A DNA stretch of 64,000 nucleotides from Chrysomallon squamiferum (GCA_012295275.1 CM022679.1:21700001-21764000); one strand, 5' to 3'. Positions 29,025 through 44,841 are shown, counted from the first letter of the stretch. Program-made: numbers and translations. The notes: generated from the letters alone by a model not told the origin.

Positions 29025-30808
29025 AGAATAATCTACTTATCACAGAATATATTTCGGCAAAATAACGAGTCTACTCTTTATGAGTTTACTGTTGGTTAAA
29101 ATACTTCTGTTTCGTGCTGAAAATGGCAAACCGTTCTGTAGAAATATGCTGTTAATTATCTTCTTTGTGTCGCCCACCGTTACTTCATGTACTTAAGATG
29201 GCTTTATACAAATGATGATAAAAGGAATCTGTTCCGGCAAGCAACTTATCTAAATGCTTACATCTACGACAAATGCTTTCTCTCTGTTATTTGTCCTTAA
29301 ATAATAATCTGATATACTCTTCTGCACACATGAGTGGTCTTGTGTCGGGCTTAACACTGCCACAAGAACCGCTCTTCGCTGCCCCAGGGAATTCCTTCAG
29401 TTGGGGACCGCATTAGATTTGCAAGAGTTCTTTTGTGATAGCCAAATTAACTTTGATGGAGAAATATATATGCGACTCCCATCGCCCGGCTATTCATATC
29501 CGTGATTTATCCGATTATTTGAAAATATTCTTCATTATTTTCGCCACTCTTTGAATCGATAATTGTCGATAAGTCTTCAAAAGAAAGCGCAAATTTCATT
29601 TCTAATCTGCGGCGTTCATTTAAATCTCTGTATCGTTCCGGTGCTGACCCAATTCGGTTCGGGGTGTGCACTTTATTGAGTTGTTGGAACATTAATGTTC
29701 ACATTTCGATTAACGACGGCGACGAGGGTGTGATGGTGCCAACACTCTTCTGATTAGAAGCTTTCGCATCCCCGACACTGCAGCACGGCTGAATAATACA
29801 TTGGTGACGGAGATCAATAGGAATCATCTGAACATTGTGGTCAAGAGACGAGAAGATAAAATAAAAATTGTTTTTTTTTAAAGGACTTCAGATTCCAGGT
29901 TCCTGTACCGTCTTCTTCTTTTTCTGTTACTACTAATAATGATGATATGACGATGATGATGATAACAACAACAACAATAAAAATGTATAGTACTAGCACT
30001 TCAACTTACTTCCTGATTATCACCAGGCTCTTAAAAATGTCAGGTTTTACTTTCAAATTGATTATCTTTGTCATTTTCATTCTTGTCTTCTAAGTCAGTT
30101 TTCTATAAAACCGATTTAAAACATTGTTTTATAGTAAAGACGCGCACATTGCAGTGGTATGGACGTTTTCCTGTTCAACAGATCTGGCCAAAACGATTTT
30201 GCAAATATTGTGAAATGCAGAAAAAAGATGATGCTAACGGAACTTCAGAGAATGGACAGGTCTGGAGATCGCTAAGTCTGAGAAGACTGTGCAGGATAAG
30301 GAAAAAAAAAATGGAAGAAATTGGTTGTAAAATCATCTGTAGTTTCCTAGCGATCATTGCGTGTAAGGAATAAGTGAAGTAAAGTCACTCTTTGTTATTA
30401 GTTTTTCATTTCAGTCTTTAACGTCGCATTCGTTAACGTCCTTGTTATTGTTAGTATTTTACATATTGACTCCGTTCTGTTTTTGCTATCCTCTCTGTAT
30501 TTATTACTAAGGCTTCACCGTGTCAGGTTTAGATGGTGCAATTCTCATTCTGTTGACCTCTCACCTCCACACTGCTGCTGCCAAAGTCTTCACACCTGGG
30601 ATAATAAATTCATGTTACGTCATTCTGTATAACAAGCGAAAATACATATCAACATAATGTTTTAATAAGAAAATACGTATATCACTGAAATCAGTTTATC
30701 TCTGGTTCTTAAGTGCAAATTATAGTTAAATATTCAGTAATTACAAATTTTGTGAAGATACGATGATAATGTGATGACATTTTGATTATTTTTATAAATA
30801 CTGAGATC

Positions 30809-30853
<45 letters not shown>

Positions 30854-31339
30854 GAAAACGTTTCTTGTCAAAAACGACGTTTAGAATGAAGATTAAGAAC
30901 AGATTTCGACAGATTTAATTAATCCATCACATCTTTACTCTCAAGTATTTGTTATCGACACGTTTCTGTCCTTTATTATTTAATTACAAATCTCCTTAAT
31001 ATTTATTTTTCTTTTATATAAAATCAGATGAACAAGAGTAAATATTTTTTTTTCTCAAAAGTTTTAAAAGGTCACTGGATGGGTGCCATTCCTTTCTCTG
31101 ATTTGACGTATTTATCTTGTCTTTTGGAAACTCATGGGACGTGGTCATTAGTTCGTTTAATATATTTAATCGTAACAATTGTAACATCTAGCACAAGGTT
31201 GAAACAGCCTTCTGGCATTTGAAAATGAAATTGACCAAATATTCCTGACTGGTCTGGACGGCGGAATCGAATGGGCTGCCAACTTACCGTGGACTACAGC
31301 GAAGAGAGGACAACGAGAGCGAGAGAAATAATAAAAGAG

Positions 31340-31394
<55 letters not shown>

Positions 31395-33689
31395 CGTATA
31401 CATTTGTTAAATATTTATCTTCTTGCCAGTTATGACCATCGTATTTACTTCTCAATTACCAGTATTTGTATATATTACTCCTAAAGTGCCATCGATCTCC
31501 TACCAGTGGCGTAAGTACCCAACCACGGGCAAATAGTTCTAGCTTTTATCTGGCAAACTTGGGAATTCTTCCTCTTTTCCCTTTACTCTCCTGTGGCCTG
31601 TATACACAGAGGAAAACTGGGATGAAAAGAAGCACTCGGTACTATTCGTATTTGGAAATATCGACGCAAGAGAAATCTGGGAGTATATTTGAACTAGAGG
31701 TCCACTCTGTTGAAAGCTTGAGAGCTGAGTAGAAAATATATTTTGATATCTAAAACTGTTGTAAAAGTATTTAAAATGACTTCAGCAACATCAGCAACCA
31801 CAAAATAACATCATTATTAATTTAGAAAGGATAATCATGAACTCGCAGGTGCGAACATACGTAATATACACACATACGTACGTACGTACGTACGTACGTA
31901 CATACATACATACATACATATACATACATACATACATACATACATACATACATACATACATACATACATACATACTAAGTAGTTTCAAGACTAACAGCCG
32001 ATATTTTTATTTTTCATTTAAATAAGTTTATATATTTTAATTATTTTGTTTTCATTAAAACCTTCAAATTAAGCTTTGTGAAATACATCTGTAGTAGACA
32101 TCATAGGTTTCACGTATTCTAAACACTTTCTAGCGCAGGGCATAACGTATCATCATCATCATCATCTAACATGAACGCTGATAAGGTGCCCAGTTTTCGT
32201 CAGTTGAAAGCATCTGTTTTGCGGCTTCGACTCGGCCAAGATCTGCAGCGACCAGGGAGGCCAAGGTTTTACACGAGTTTCTCGGGGAGACTTAAAATCG
32301 ATCGGCGATGATGGATATGTCAAATTGGATTTGCCAAAATCAGACGGCTTCTAAAGTGTTTAAATTCTCCAATCGTTTGTTCAAAACCGTTTGAATTTGT
32401 TTTGCGTGCATGCAAGTCGGTTCTGTTCCACTGAAAGAAAAGGAACACAGAAAAAAAATTGCCTCAGATTTTGTTCTGGGATCAATTTTTTTGTTGTTTT
32501 CACTTTGTTTTGTTCTGCTTTCTTTTCTTTCTTTTTTCTAATAAAACGTAAAGAAGAATAAAGGATTTTGCACTGATGCTTTTTTTTGTAAAGAGGAGTT
32601 TTACTCACTTGCAGAAAGTCATGGAAGATGGTCATTCTGTAATTTAGAAAATGGTGTACTTCAGTCAATTGCGGTTTTTTTTCTTTTTATATATGTTTTA
32701 AAATTTATTTTTCATCTGCGATAAACATATTTTGTTTTCATGCTGAATTTTAATATCCTCTGCTCATTACAAAATGTAATTTTTTCACACTTGTTTCGCT
32801 AAAAAAATTAATTACCTTTTCTTGTTTGAAGATATAAATCGATTTTTGACTATGGTGGTTTTTTTTGTTTATTCATTAAATGTTTAATACTCAATTATCC
32901 GTCAACCATTTCATTAATTCATCATTCCAGAAACTGACTGATTGATTGAGTCCTCATTTTTCTCCATTCAAAAATGTTTTGGTTAATAAAGTATATAATG
33001 TGTTACAGTTTGACGAGTTCGCTTTCGCTCTCTGATATATCATCTGCTGGCTTTACGATTACGATGAGTACTGAAACCAACAGCATTAAGATTCAACCAA
33101 ACTCTTTTTTTTAACAAATTGTAGATTTTCATTTCTTGGATTCCATATCGAACGATGCTTCTCCATTTCTAACCAAACTACGACTTCGCTAAATGTGTTT
33201 TTTGCTATTTTGAGTTAATCATGTATTAACCTTGTCTGTATTTTAGTTTATCACATAAAAGTATAAAGGTAATAACATTTAACGCTAGTAGTTAATACAT
33301 TTGCAGCAATAGATTGAAAGTAGCAGTGAAGTGTTATTATCAGTAGTCATATTTAGTTAATCTTTAACTTGCTACAAGGTAATCGTTTTAATAATGTTGT
33401 GTGAAAATGAATTAATGCGTTACTCTTCCTCGGATTGGGGAAACAGATGACAACCACTTGCTCTGTAATTCTCAACATGTGGCTCGCTGACTCATGGATG
33501 ACAGTCAATGTGGTACCGGGTGTCTGAAGCTAAGATAAACACTTGAAGAGTCTGAACTGTAAAATATGTGATCATTCATGATAAAGAATTCCTGGCAATG
33601 CGGGCAATTGAAGTCCGAAACAAAAAAAAACCTCGCACTGAACTAATATATCGACACCAAAATGAAAAAAGAAAACTCAAATGCGATCG

Positions 33690-33978
33690 TGTTGAAGCAT
33701 TCGACTCTAACAAACGTTGCACTAGAAAAGCAAAGGGCTGTCGTATTAAAGGAACCCGTTTTTACGACAAAGAACAAAAAGCTCTTGACGCATGCTCTGT
33801 GTTATGTCACTGATTCAGAAGAAACGGTGACTTACTTCATTAGATTAAAATTTCACTGTGCTGAAGCATTCGACCATCAACGTGCAATACACCAGACCCT
33901 GCACTAGACCGTCGTATTAAAGCAACCGCGCTTCGCGACAAAGAACAAAACGTACTTGACCCATGCCCTGTGTCAGAT
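33690..33978. repeat. Diverged ~120-bp direct duplication (period ~170)
   Basis: tgaagcattcgac ... gtcgtattaaag.aacc ... cgacaaagaacaaaa ... cttgac.catgc.ctgtgt occurs twice, starting near 33690 and 33860. Confidence 0.75.
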
Positions 33979-34337
33979 CGTTCACTCTAACATTTGTGTA
34001 TTTGTCCTCGTCTGTGTTTCACTGCTCGGCTACTTCCCGGAGTCATCCATCACCCAGTGTTTGAGAATTCCTGGCAATTCGTTTGGAAAAATCAAAGACT
34101 TTATTTGCGGGTTGGGGAACTTGTCAACTAGGGTTAAACTGTTGGCGCAGCGTTTTTGATAGATGTAGATTGAAAATGATAAATCGAAGCCACGAGATCG
34201 TGTCTCAGCATAAGAAATGGGGTTTTTCTTGTTGTTTTTTTGTGTTAACTGTTCACATGAGCAGTGGAAGTTTCTTATTTGTTTTCAAGGATTTAGGGCA
34301 GACTTGGTTTCAGATAAAGTGTGGTGTAAGAGAGAGT

Positions 34338-34416
<79 letters not shown>

Positions 34417-35749
34417 TATTTGTTCTCATTTATGTCATTATTCATACCAGTGTATAGTAAGAATATGTGTCTGTTTTGAATGAATGTTTGTATTTGAATG
34501 TTTGTATGTATGTCTGTGTTGTATGAATACATGTATGTATATGCATGTATGTATATATGTGTATATGTATGTTTGTATGTAAATAGACGTATGAATATGT
34601 ACGATCGTAAACAACAAGGTATAGCTGAATAAATTATGTGTCAAATCGTCAAAATAATAATATCACCACCACAACCACCACTAACAACAACAAACAACAA
34701 CAACAATAATAATTTATAAAATTTTCTTTACTTCCATGAGTTTACACATCACACAGACACCTCATACAAAACAGTTGCACATCAAAGACAAAAACTCACG
34801 TTTCAAAACAAGACATTAACGTTTCTCATACTGACGTCTCCGACTTCAAGGGAGATAATTATTATTCCGCGGCATTTTAACACTGTTAATCATCGCTGTT
34901 TAAGTGTAATTGTAATCAGAATTGCACTTAATTCAATTCTCATTCTCTTTTATCGTCGGCCGCACCAATAAAGGGAGTGCTCCTTAATATCCAGTTCTTG
35001 CTCTTCTCGTCGGCTCGGTCCAGCGAACTGAACGCGTCCTCTGATTCTTGACCGCCATGACATCATCTCCTGACAGGCTGACCCGGGCTGCTGTATTTCC
35101 GCGGAGTACATTAAACCGACTGTCACTGTGCGTAATTAACGCGTACTGTCAAAACCCGGACAGTTCCCCGCGCTCGCTTTGTCGTGGTTAATGCAGTCGA
35201 GTTCATTCTGAGTTTAGGTACTGCGAGGTTCTGCCATGCTTTGTTTGTTGTTTTTTGCTTTGTGTCAGTGACACATGCATGCATGCACGCACGCACCTAC
35301 ATGTGGGCACGCAAGCACTCTTTTTTTTTTGTCGTAAGTTATTAGGTGATTCAGTATAAAGACGATCAAAGAAAGAAAGAAGAAAAAAAGAGCTATTTTT
35401 ACGTCATGCCCAGTTTCATAGTCTTACTGTAACATAAATATCTTAACTCAATTTTTTAGGTTACTAATTTTGAATTCCAAACACTCTTAATATTCATGCC
35501 GGGTTTTTAATATTTAAATTCCAGTCATTGATAAAAAGCCTCAGCACATTTCATTTTGATAATCTAAGCAACTGTTTTCTCTGTAATAGTTACAATGGTG
35601 TATCGTCTACCAAAATTATATTAATTTCAACGATTACTCTGTAGAACAGTGCTTAACTTATTTTACTACAGAAGAATCATTGCTTCTAATTGGAAGAAGT
35701 AACTCGTGGTGTTGAATGAAAATACACTTTCCCAACAACAATTTGTGTC

Positions 35750-35935
35750 ATAGCTATGTGGCGCACTGGCTGGAACGTGAAATTCGTCAGTCTTAGAGAC
35801 TAATCGTGTCAGATATATAGATGTAAGTAATGGTATATTGTAGAAAGGAATCCCGTAGCAATCATCATAAGATCTACTCTCATTGATTGGATTAGCAGAA
35901 AGAGGTAATTTGTATATACCTTCTCACACACAGAA
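35750..35935 (+). mobile_element. Probable decayed SINE-like interspersed repeat fragment (related remnants near 14500-14670, 42400-42660, 46480-46565)
   Basis: Shared degenerate motifs in the same order among copies: gaaa(c)ccgc/ccagc, ctact...att/atcagca, tata(t/c)accttc, gtgg.g(c/t)a.tgg/tag...gaa. From memory this resembles an abundant gastropod SINE; not verified by search. Confidence 0.4.
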
Positions 35936-36955
35936 AAAAACACTAAAACAAACAAACGAACAAAAAAAAAAAAAAAAATAAAATAACAAAAAAGATAACA
36001 AAAAATAACAAAACAAAAACAGAAAATGAAAAAAAAAAAAATTACAAAACAAAAACAACAGTAGTTTTAAATTTATTATTGCAGGATTTATTAATGTCAA
36101 ATAGAAATAAAACTGAAAATTCGGAACCAATATGGAGGATAGATCTTGCTACGTCGTTTTCCCCGAGACAAACACGCTACCGCCATGCCATAACCAGCGG
36201 TTGATTACTGAAGCCTCGAGGATTTTATAACCTGTTTTTTTTTTCTGTGTTTATTTTCATGCCGTGTTGTCATTAAAACTGTGTTGATTTGTTTGAGATT
36301 TTCTTTCTGTGATTTAGGTAACGCTAGCTGAGATTGCGTGACAAAACCTTTTTATCACTGCCCGTAATTGGACAATCCTAACAGTGACAGTTCGGGACTT
36401 GTTATTTCCGAGCCACCGGAAAGTGTCACAAACATAACACATTTTTCTAAACAAGTGTTTGTTTTGTTTTTTTTCCATTTTAATGACAGATTCGTGTAAT
36501 TTCTTGTGTAAACTGAAAACACTGATTTAAAATAGGTAGAGAGAAAAGAATTGGTTGTAGTTTAGATGCAAATGATAAATATGAATTTCGTATAGATACG
36601 GAAGAAAATTCTGTTTTCTCTTTTAAGCCAAATTTTCATTGATTGCTTTGTTGTTTTTTTATTTTTTTATTAACGTATATATTTGTTTGTTTGTTTGTTA
36701 TTTTATTTTATTTTATTTTTATTTATTTATTTTATTTATGTATATAGTATTTATATTTATTTTGTTTGTTTATTCATTCTCACACACAGAAAAACACAAA
36801 AACAAACAAACGAAAAAAACAACAGTATTGTATTTATTTTGTTTGTTTATTCATTGAGAAAATCGGAAAACAACATTAATTTATTCATAAATGTTAATGA
36901 CGATACATTATATATTACTGCAAACTTACGCCATGTAATAGTATGCGTAGTATTT

Positions 36956-37010
<55 letters not shown>

Positions 37011-39606
37011 GCGTAGTATTTATAGGAGTTGTCTAGTGATGAAATTTTACGACCGACACTGACGATATAGTTAAAAATTAAGAGCAAAATAATGATCGAC
37101 TGATTGTACAACATTCTCACATAAAACTAATAAATGGATAAAAGCCTTTTTATAGAAAGCATAACAATACGTTGTTAAAACTCATTACATCATAACAAAT
37201 GATAGCAAAGTTTTAATACAGTGCATAACGTCACCACATCATTTTAACCCTGGCTAAAGTTTTTAAAAAATCCATAGCACAAGTCTTGCAGTATTTATAA
37301 CTTCCAATTAATTTTACTCTATGAGATTGGACAGTCATCGAGGTTTTCCTTGATTTGTCTGAAAAACCAGACATTATAATTGTTTCATTTGAATAGGAAT
37401 TCTTTTGGGGCTGCATCTGCGGTTATCACGAACATTGATAGAACAGTATGGCAAGCGTTCGACATGAATCAGCAGCTATTTTGTTTCTGTTCTTTTCGAA
37501 AAAACGTTTGATGAAAGTAGGAGCTCGAGTCTTGCAGACCTGGTTATTGGTAAGAATTGTTATACATCATCATCAGTAGCACGAGAATAGCACGAGAATA
37601 GTCGCAGACTGATTTCTGGCCTGTTCAGACAGCGGGGATATTAAAAATCGCTTTCGTCTAAGCGCAGAAAAGTCGTAATTCAAAATGAACATTAAGATGT
37701 AAAAGTACGCGATACAGATCGAGTTAGCAGTGGAATGACATCGTGACGCCGTAACACTGAAACTTTCTATGAAAATTAAAAAAAAAAAAATAAATAAATA
37801 AATAAATAAAAAAAAAAAAAAAAAATAAAGTATTGTAACAGGGACGTAATGATTACCTTCTTACCTAATGATCACATTCGTAATTTTTATAAACGAAGCT
37901 GTACAAGTAATGACGTCAATAACTATAACAGAAATACGTTTTTTTTTTTTTTTTACCATTCGAATTGCATGCTGTCTGTTTTGAAATGTAGGATACTACA
38001 GGAATTTACAGGCTCATATAACAACAACAACAACAACAACAACAATAATAATAGTAATAATAACAATAAAATGAAATGTCTCGAATTTTAAAAATACTTA
38101 AATTGTAAACTTTATATAGATTTATATTTTTAATAAAAACCCTCTTTTCCAGCTTTTAAACAAGAAAAAAAAAAAAAAAAAAAAATAAAAAATGAAAGAA
38201 ACATCCGTCGTGAAGGTTAACTGATGAAAACAAACCTGCTTTCGTTGAGCTTGAAGCATACATTAAAACTTTATCTTTAGCTTTCCAATAACATGATCAG
38301 AAACGCAATGTTCATGATATCATTAGCTGTAACAAAACGATTACTATAGGTCCCAAACGGCTACGGTAAGCTCTACAATGGCGGAACACTCAACAGATTG
38401 GAACAGTTTTAATGTCCTAAAAATAAAAAAACCTCGCAATACAACAAATGCCGATTACTGCTCAGTAATAATTATCATATGCATCTTTCCTTTATGTGAA
38501 CAGGTTATGTTCAAAACTGTTTTACTAAACAGGAACGATCTGAGCATTTCCTTGCCAAAAAAAAACAAAATACGAAAAAATATTAGTACTTGAGGCGGCG
38601 ACAGCTTTCTGTAATTACGCAATTATCTTCCGTTGTACAACCAACCCTCTGTGGAAGCGAACCCGAGAATTCAATTTAAGAACCAAACAGGTCATCTGTT
38701 GTTAGTCAAGTTACAAAAAAATATAATAATAATAATAAAAAAAATATAAAAGAAGACGAAGAAGAAAAGAAAACGAAAGAAAGAGAAAAACGAAGAGCAG
38801 AATGTAAAAAAAAAAGAATATATAATAAAAAAAAAAAAAAAAATAAAGCTAATGATGTTAAAGAAACTTTTAAAAAAAGAAGAAATAAATACGATAAAAC
38901 GTAAAAGAAAAAGAAAATAATGAAAAAAAAAATGATAAGAATTTTGATAAAAAAAAAAAGATAGTTAGAAATAGGGGAAAAAAAAAAAAAAAAACTCAAA
39001 TGAAAAGAAAAAAAATATTCGTATAATGAAGCCTTTTAAATGCGTCGTCAACCTTGTACCAGCGAATCACTTGGCTCAGCCAATCAATTTGAACTTCATC
39101 TCAAAAGGGACGTCGGGAAACTCCGGTTCTGTGGCGAATCGAACAACTTGTCACTTCTTCAAAAACTCGGCAAACATCGCCAATTCCCACGCAAACCACG
39201 AGCTAATGAGTCGCTGATGTCGTCGCTTCACAAGGGTCACGAAAGGGGACTACCACGACGTCCCCTGCTTATAAATTCGGTGATTAGAAAAGGATCCGAG
39301 ACAAGCAGACGAGAGATGTTGATTTTCGTTTCCGATCATCCACGATCAATCAGCCTTCTTCTTCTGCCTCTCGTCCGAAGCTCATTTTGAGAAATCTTGT
39401 TTTGTTGTTTTCATTAAAAGATGTTTATCTGCAGTTTTATTAAAAATCTCTTTGATTGATTTTGAAATTAACAAGAAATAAAAGTCAGAGTCAGCGTTTA
39501 TTCATCGATCTGTTTGTCTGTCTGTATGTGTGGGTGTTGAAGTTAACGTATGTATGTCTGTTTGAGTGTTTTGTCTCTTTGATATACGAGTATCTATTTC
39601 TGTGTG

Positions 39607-39638
<32 letters not shown>

Positions 39639-40790
39639 TGCGAGATTATGTGTATGTACACGTGTATGTATGCATGCATTCGTGTATATTTATTTTATTT
39701 CGTTGATTATATGGATGCATGAGCATAAAAACACATACAACTATCAAGTACAAATATGATTTTAAAGAAAAAAAAAATTAAAAACATCATTCAGAAAATA
39801 AATAATGCAGTTTAAAACTGTTCGGTGCACGCAAACTTAAGCAATACATAAAAGAAAGCGACTCATAATTTTGAATTAATCTGAAAAACGACTAATTCCA
39901 CACACAAAAAAAAGTGTGAAATTTGTCGTGTGCAAGATGTCGTTCTCTATATCATACAGAGTTATATTACAAAATTACCACCGAGTTTTTACCGTAGTTT
40001 TATAGCCACTAAAATCAATATTGTTTCTCAAGGAAAGACGAAATGATATTATTCAAGTGTAATGGATAAGAAAAAAAAAAAAAATATAATAATAATAAAA
40101 AAGAAAAGTGAAAAAGAATTTTTGATTATTAAAACATGTCACGTGAAAAGAAAGAGATAGTAAGCCGGAGGAAGATGCATTATTTATTTTTATTTTTATT
40201 TTATTTTATAAATTGCATATTAATGCGCTGGTTCAGCCATTACCAGTCTCTGTGTGTATTTAACATGCATGTCAAATCGAATCGCCAAAATGGTTTCTGT
40301 GTAATGAATTTATACGTTACTGAATGCTGTAATCAATTTAATTTACAGCTACGAGTGTGGTAAGGATGTGCCAAATTTTTTGATCTTCGTGTTTCAGTAT
40401 TACTGGATCACGTAGCAAAATGGCGGATGCGTTTTTCAGTTGTTTTTTTATTTTTATTTATTCTTCAAAACAAGTATGAAAAGTTAAATTCCTTCAACGT
40501 AAATGTACATTGTAGCAAATCGACGAAATCGAATAACAACTGCGAGATGATATAATTATAATTATTATAAAAATGTTATTACAATATCGCACAGGAAAAC
40601 TGTGGAAGCCATTTATTATCAAGACCGACAACTGCGAAACTGAAAATATTATAATAATATTATTACGAATGAAAACGGTGAAGATATTTCACTTCAAAGG
40701 CCGACAACTGCGAGATGGAAAATACACGGAAACGTTCTGCTTCAAAGGCCGATAACTCTGAGAAGGAAAAGAAATAGAAAAAAGAAGAAG

Positions 40791-40824
<34 letters not shown>

Positions 40825-43198
40825 AACGTAGAAGAAAATTGACAAGATATTTTGCACCTACTTGAGACGAGGCTAAATTCTGGTTGATTCAAATCGACTG
40901 ATTTGATAATCCAGAGTCATTTCTCGACGGGCGCAAATAAAACAGGAGATGAAGAAGGAAAAGCGAAGTGTAATGAAATGTTTAAAAGATGTCTCGGGAG
41001 AAAAGAGCAGGCACAGAAAAATCAGTTACCGGATTTAACTGGTTCAGTAGCTTCATTTTCCCATTCCAGCAACTGCTCCATACCGAGTATTTCAAACTTG
41101 TTAAAAGCAGTAAGGAAAAAAAATTAAAAATAAAATATGTATTCAGAGCAGTTATATTTAATGACGTTATGATATGAGAAATATTAATGTGACACTGAAA
41201 TAACGCGATCTTAATAAATAAATGCCCCCCAAAAAAGGAGAAGAAAGAATGAGATAAAGATATTTATTAAAGAACATCAGTTATTAAAAAAAAAAAAAAA
41301 AAAAAAAGCGTGTCTGGATATTGCTTGGTGTTTCGCGTCTATGATTTGATGAACGGTTTTTATTATAGTCGCATTAATCTATCACACTTCTTGATGAGTT
41401 TTGAAAAACCATTATCAAGTTAACAGAAGACCATATTATAATGAAGCATGACATCACTCGAGGTAAATGCAAAGCTCTTAGCTATGGTCGTACATAATAA
41501 TAATAATAATACCTAAAACGTACTTTATTTTCACATATCTGATTTTGTTTTAAAGATATACATCATATACTTCTACACCAAAAAGACAATAAAAGTTATT
41601 GAAACATTCATGGATTTCCAAAAGATCGGCCAACAGAAGCAATATCGTTCACAGAAGCAATTTGTTAACTGCACGTAATCCTTTTTGTCGACATTGTTAA
41701 AACTGGATCCTTCGGATTAATGGGCAATCGAGGTTGCAAATGAGTAAATATATATGTAGAAAATAATAGGTTATAAATGTCTGTAAAATATCACACACAT
41801 GTGTGTGTGTGTATGTGTGTATATATGTATAATTTTAAATTTAAATGACAATATACATCGTCTTTATAATCTTTTTAAGTGTAATAACTGATCAGACGGA
41901 ACGAAACCAGAGCTATTCTTTGGAGCATTTTAGTAAAACGAAATGATATATGAACGCCATTTCCTTCCGTATAATTACGTAAAAATATGTCTTGACTTTT
42001 CCTCTTTTAATAATTCATATTCAGCTTACCGCAGACGATTTCATGGCGTCGTAAAACAGCCAATGGGAGGACTCGTTTCATCGCGTAGTAATTTATACCT
42101 CATTAACGACGGCCAGGAATTCTTGTTCCTTTGCGCAGCTCGTATCATTTCCTTGAGCCCAGGCAATCAATATCCTATCGGTTCTCTGCAAGAAATTATC
42201 TTCCCATTTTGCTAACCTATTAAAGTCAAACGACCAATTCTTTTTCTTTTTTCTTTTCTTTCTTTTTCGGAAAAGGGGAAAAAAAATATTCGATAAATTT
42301 TGTCTCATAAATTAGGATCTGTGAAAGACTCGATATGGAAACAGAAGAGAGGAAAATTTTAAAAAAAAAAAATTATATATTAATATCAAATGAATGAACG
42401 AAAGAACCTTTGTTTAGAGACAGTATTTTAATATCAGCTGTGATAAGTAATCAACTTAAGTCACTTGTGTATTAACGATACGAGAGAGAGAGAAAAAACC
42501 CGCTGTTATAAACGATTATAACAAACTAGTCTTAAAACAAACCAGCAAGATGTCTTCTCTTTATTTTTTTTTTGTCGAAATTGTGTACGTTCCCTCATAC
42601 CGTTTCCTTTATTAAAATAAATCCAGGGGAACCGAGTGGAACGGGAAATAGAAACATATCACCATGCAGCAAAGTAAAGAAAATCGATTTTACAAGCTAA
42701 CATTTCAAGAACAGTAACCGTTGAGAAGTATCCTACTTTTTTTTTTTTGAACGGAAACTTTGTAATGAAATCTTCTGATTTTTTGGAGAAAGTAATGATA
42801 TCAAATAAATCAGTTTAAATCTGGGTACATTGCACTGAAGCATAATCCCTTCAAGAAGTCTTTGCTTTTTATTATTCTATTGCGTTATCTGGTTATACTG
42901 CCATTACTGCTGCTGAGAGTAATATTATTACAAATAAATAACAGCTGTATGAAGCTTTCTGCAGTTAATATTACTATATATTTATTGTCAGTACTTATAC
43001 TATGTATCTATTGTTAACACTAATACTGTATATCTGTTGTTAATGCTAATAATATACTTATTAAAATTAATAATTAAACTATCACTTATATCACAGTTAC
43101 AACAACAGCAGCTACCATTACTGCCACTACTTATTCAACAACAACTACTGCTGTTACAAATACTGCATGCACGTCTTTTAAAAGCATCTCCTTTCAAA

Positions 43199-43255
<57 letters not shown>

Positions 43256-43292
43256 TAACAATAACAACAACAATAATAGTAATAATGATAAG

Positions 43293-43331
<39 letters not shown>

Positions 43332-43767
43332 AAATGTAAATGTAGATTCCATTTGAAGTTACGCCAGGAATATAAAATATAGAACGCGCACTATTATATA
43401 TATATATATATACACACACACATACATATATAGCGTGTTTTGCATTTTACATATACGGATGAAAAATGTATTAATGTATTCCAGTGAAACCAAGCCACAA
43501 CTTTTATATCTATGTCTGAAGTTTGTTGGTAGTATGTGAAGCATGACCAGGTTTACAACTATAAAAAGAATTAAACTAAACCAGGATAAATATGAAATAA
43601 AAAGAGACACACCGATAGCACTGTTGACAACATTCAAAAACGAATTCTATGATCATATCAAAATTCATTCAATTCTATGCATAAAGGAACACTTTTGGAG
43701 CGTGACACTTTTTATATAACATACGTTCGTACTGTTTATTTTGTGGTATCTGCCTTATATATACAAA

Positions 43768-43808
<41 letters not shown>

Positions 43809-44053
43809 AGTTTAGGCGAAACAACTAACTTTACTACATAGGTTTACGACTGCAATACAGTCTCGCTATAAACTGTATATTGTTTAATGTTTATATTTAT
43901 ATACATGAGGACAGTTCTGCTGTTTACTGATATGAAAAAGGCTCATCACGAATCAGCTTAAAGAAAGGAGTTTGAGTTTAAATCTTGGTCAGTGACAAAA
44001 ATATAATTTGTTTGTTCTATGGTAATAAAATTAATTGTCCCGTTCCAAAGAAA

Positions 44054-44173
<120 letters not shown>

Positions 44174-44490
44174 ACACCACCTGACAACTGTCAAATACAC
44201 CACCATACATAGACATAAATATCGCACATATAGTAAAGGAATTCGTAATATATCATTATAAAAAAAGTAATTAAAATTTCTTGTAATTGCGTTCGTCTAT
44301 AAAAAGTATGTATGCATTTATGTATTTATTTACTTTGTCTGTTTATCTATTTATTTAATTTGTCTATTTATCTATTTATTATTTAATTTTATTATGTATT
44401 GTTTAAATAATAAACTTAAAGGTATATAAATCGTAGAATTATTATTGTTAAAAATCTATTCCCATCAATTACTTCAGAAATTAATAGTTT

Positions 44491-44532
<42 letters not shown>

Positions 44533-44639
44533 CACAAACGATCGGCATCATCATCACAAATAAACACTGGTATCAAATATCCAGCAACAATACCGCGTAA
44601 TTTATAACAAAGCAATTTATTTGGATTTAATCCCAAACT

Positions 44640-44700
44640 GGGAAAGGCTTTGGGAATTCTCTGACGTCATCATCAGTTCTATTTTAAGCCGTCCAACCGG
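44640..44700 (+). promoter_or_regulatory. Putative proximal promoter of the claudin-like gene (kB-like site, CRE, TATA-like)
   Basis: GGGAATTCTC (44652-44661) directly abuts TGACGTCA (44662-44669), followed by TATTTTAA (44680-44687), 155-190 bp upstream of the ATG. Motif match only. Confidence 0.45.
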
Positions 44701-44841
44701 TTGTTCCCGCTGAAGGTGAGACGATCTCAGGTGAGTCGTACAATACAGGTATGGAAGTCTCTTCACTCACTGTGACAGTAAGCGACGGAGGAGAATTTTG
44801 AGACACGTGAACCACGCCGCCACCATTTTGCCCTCAGAAAA

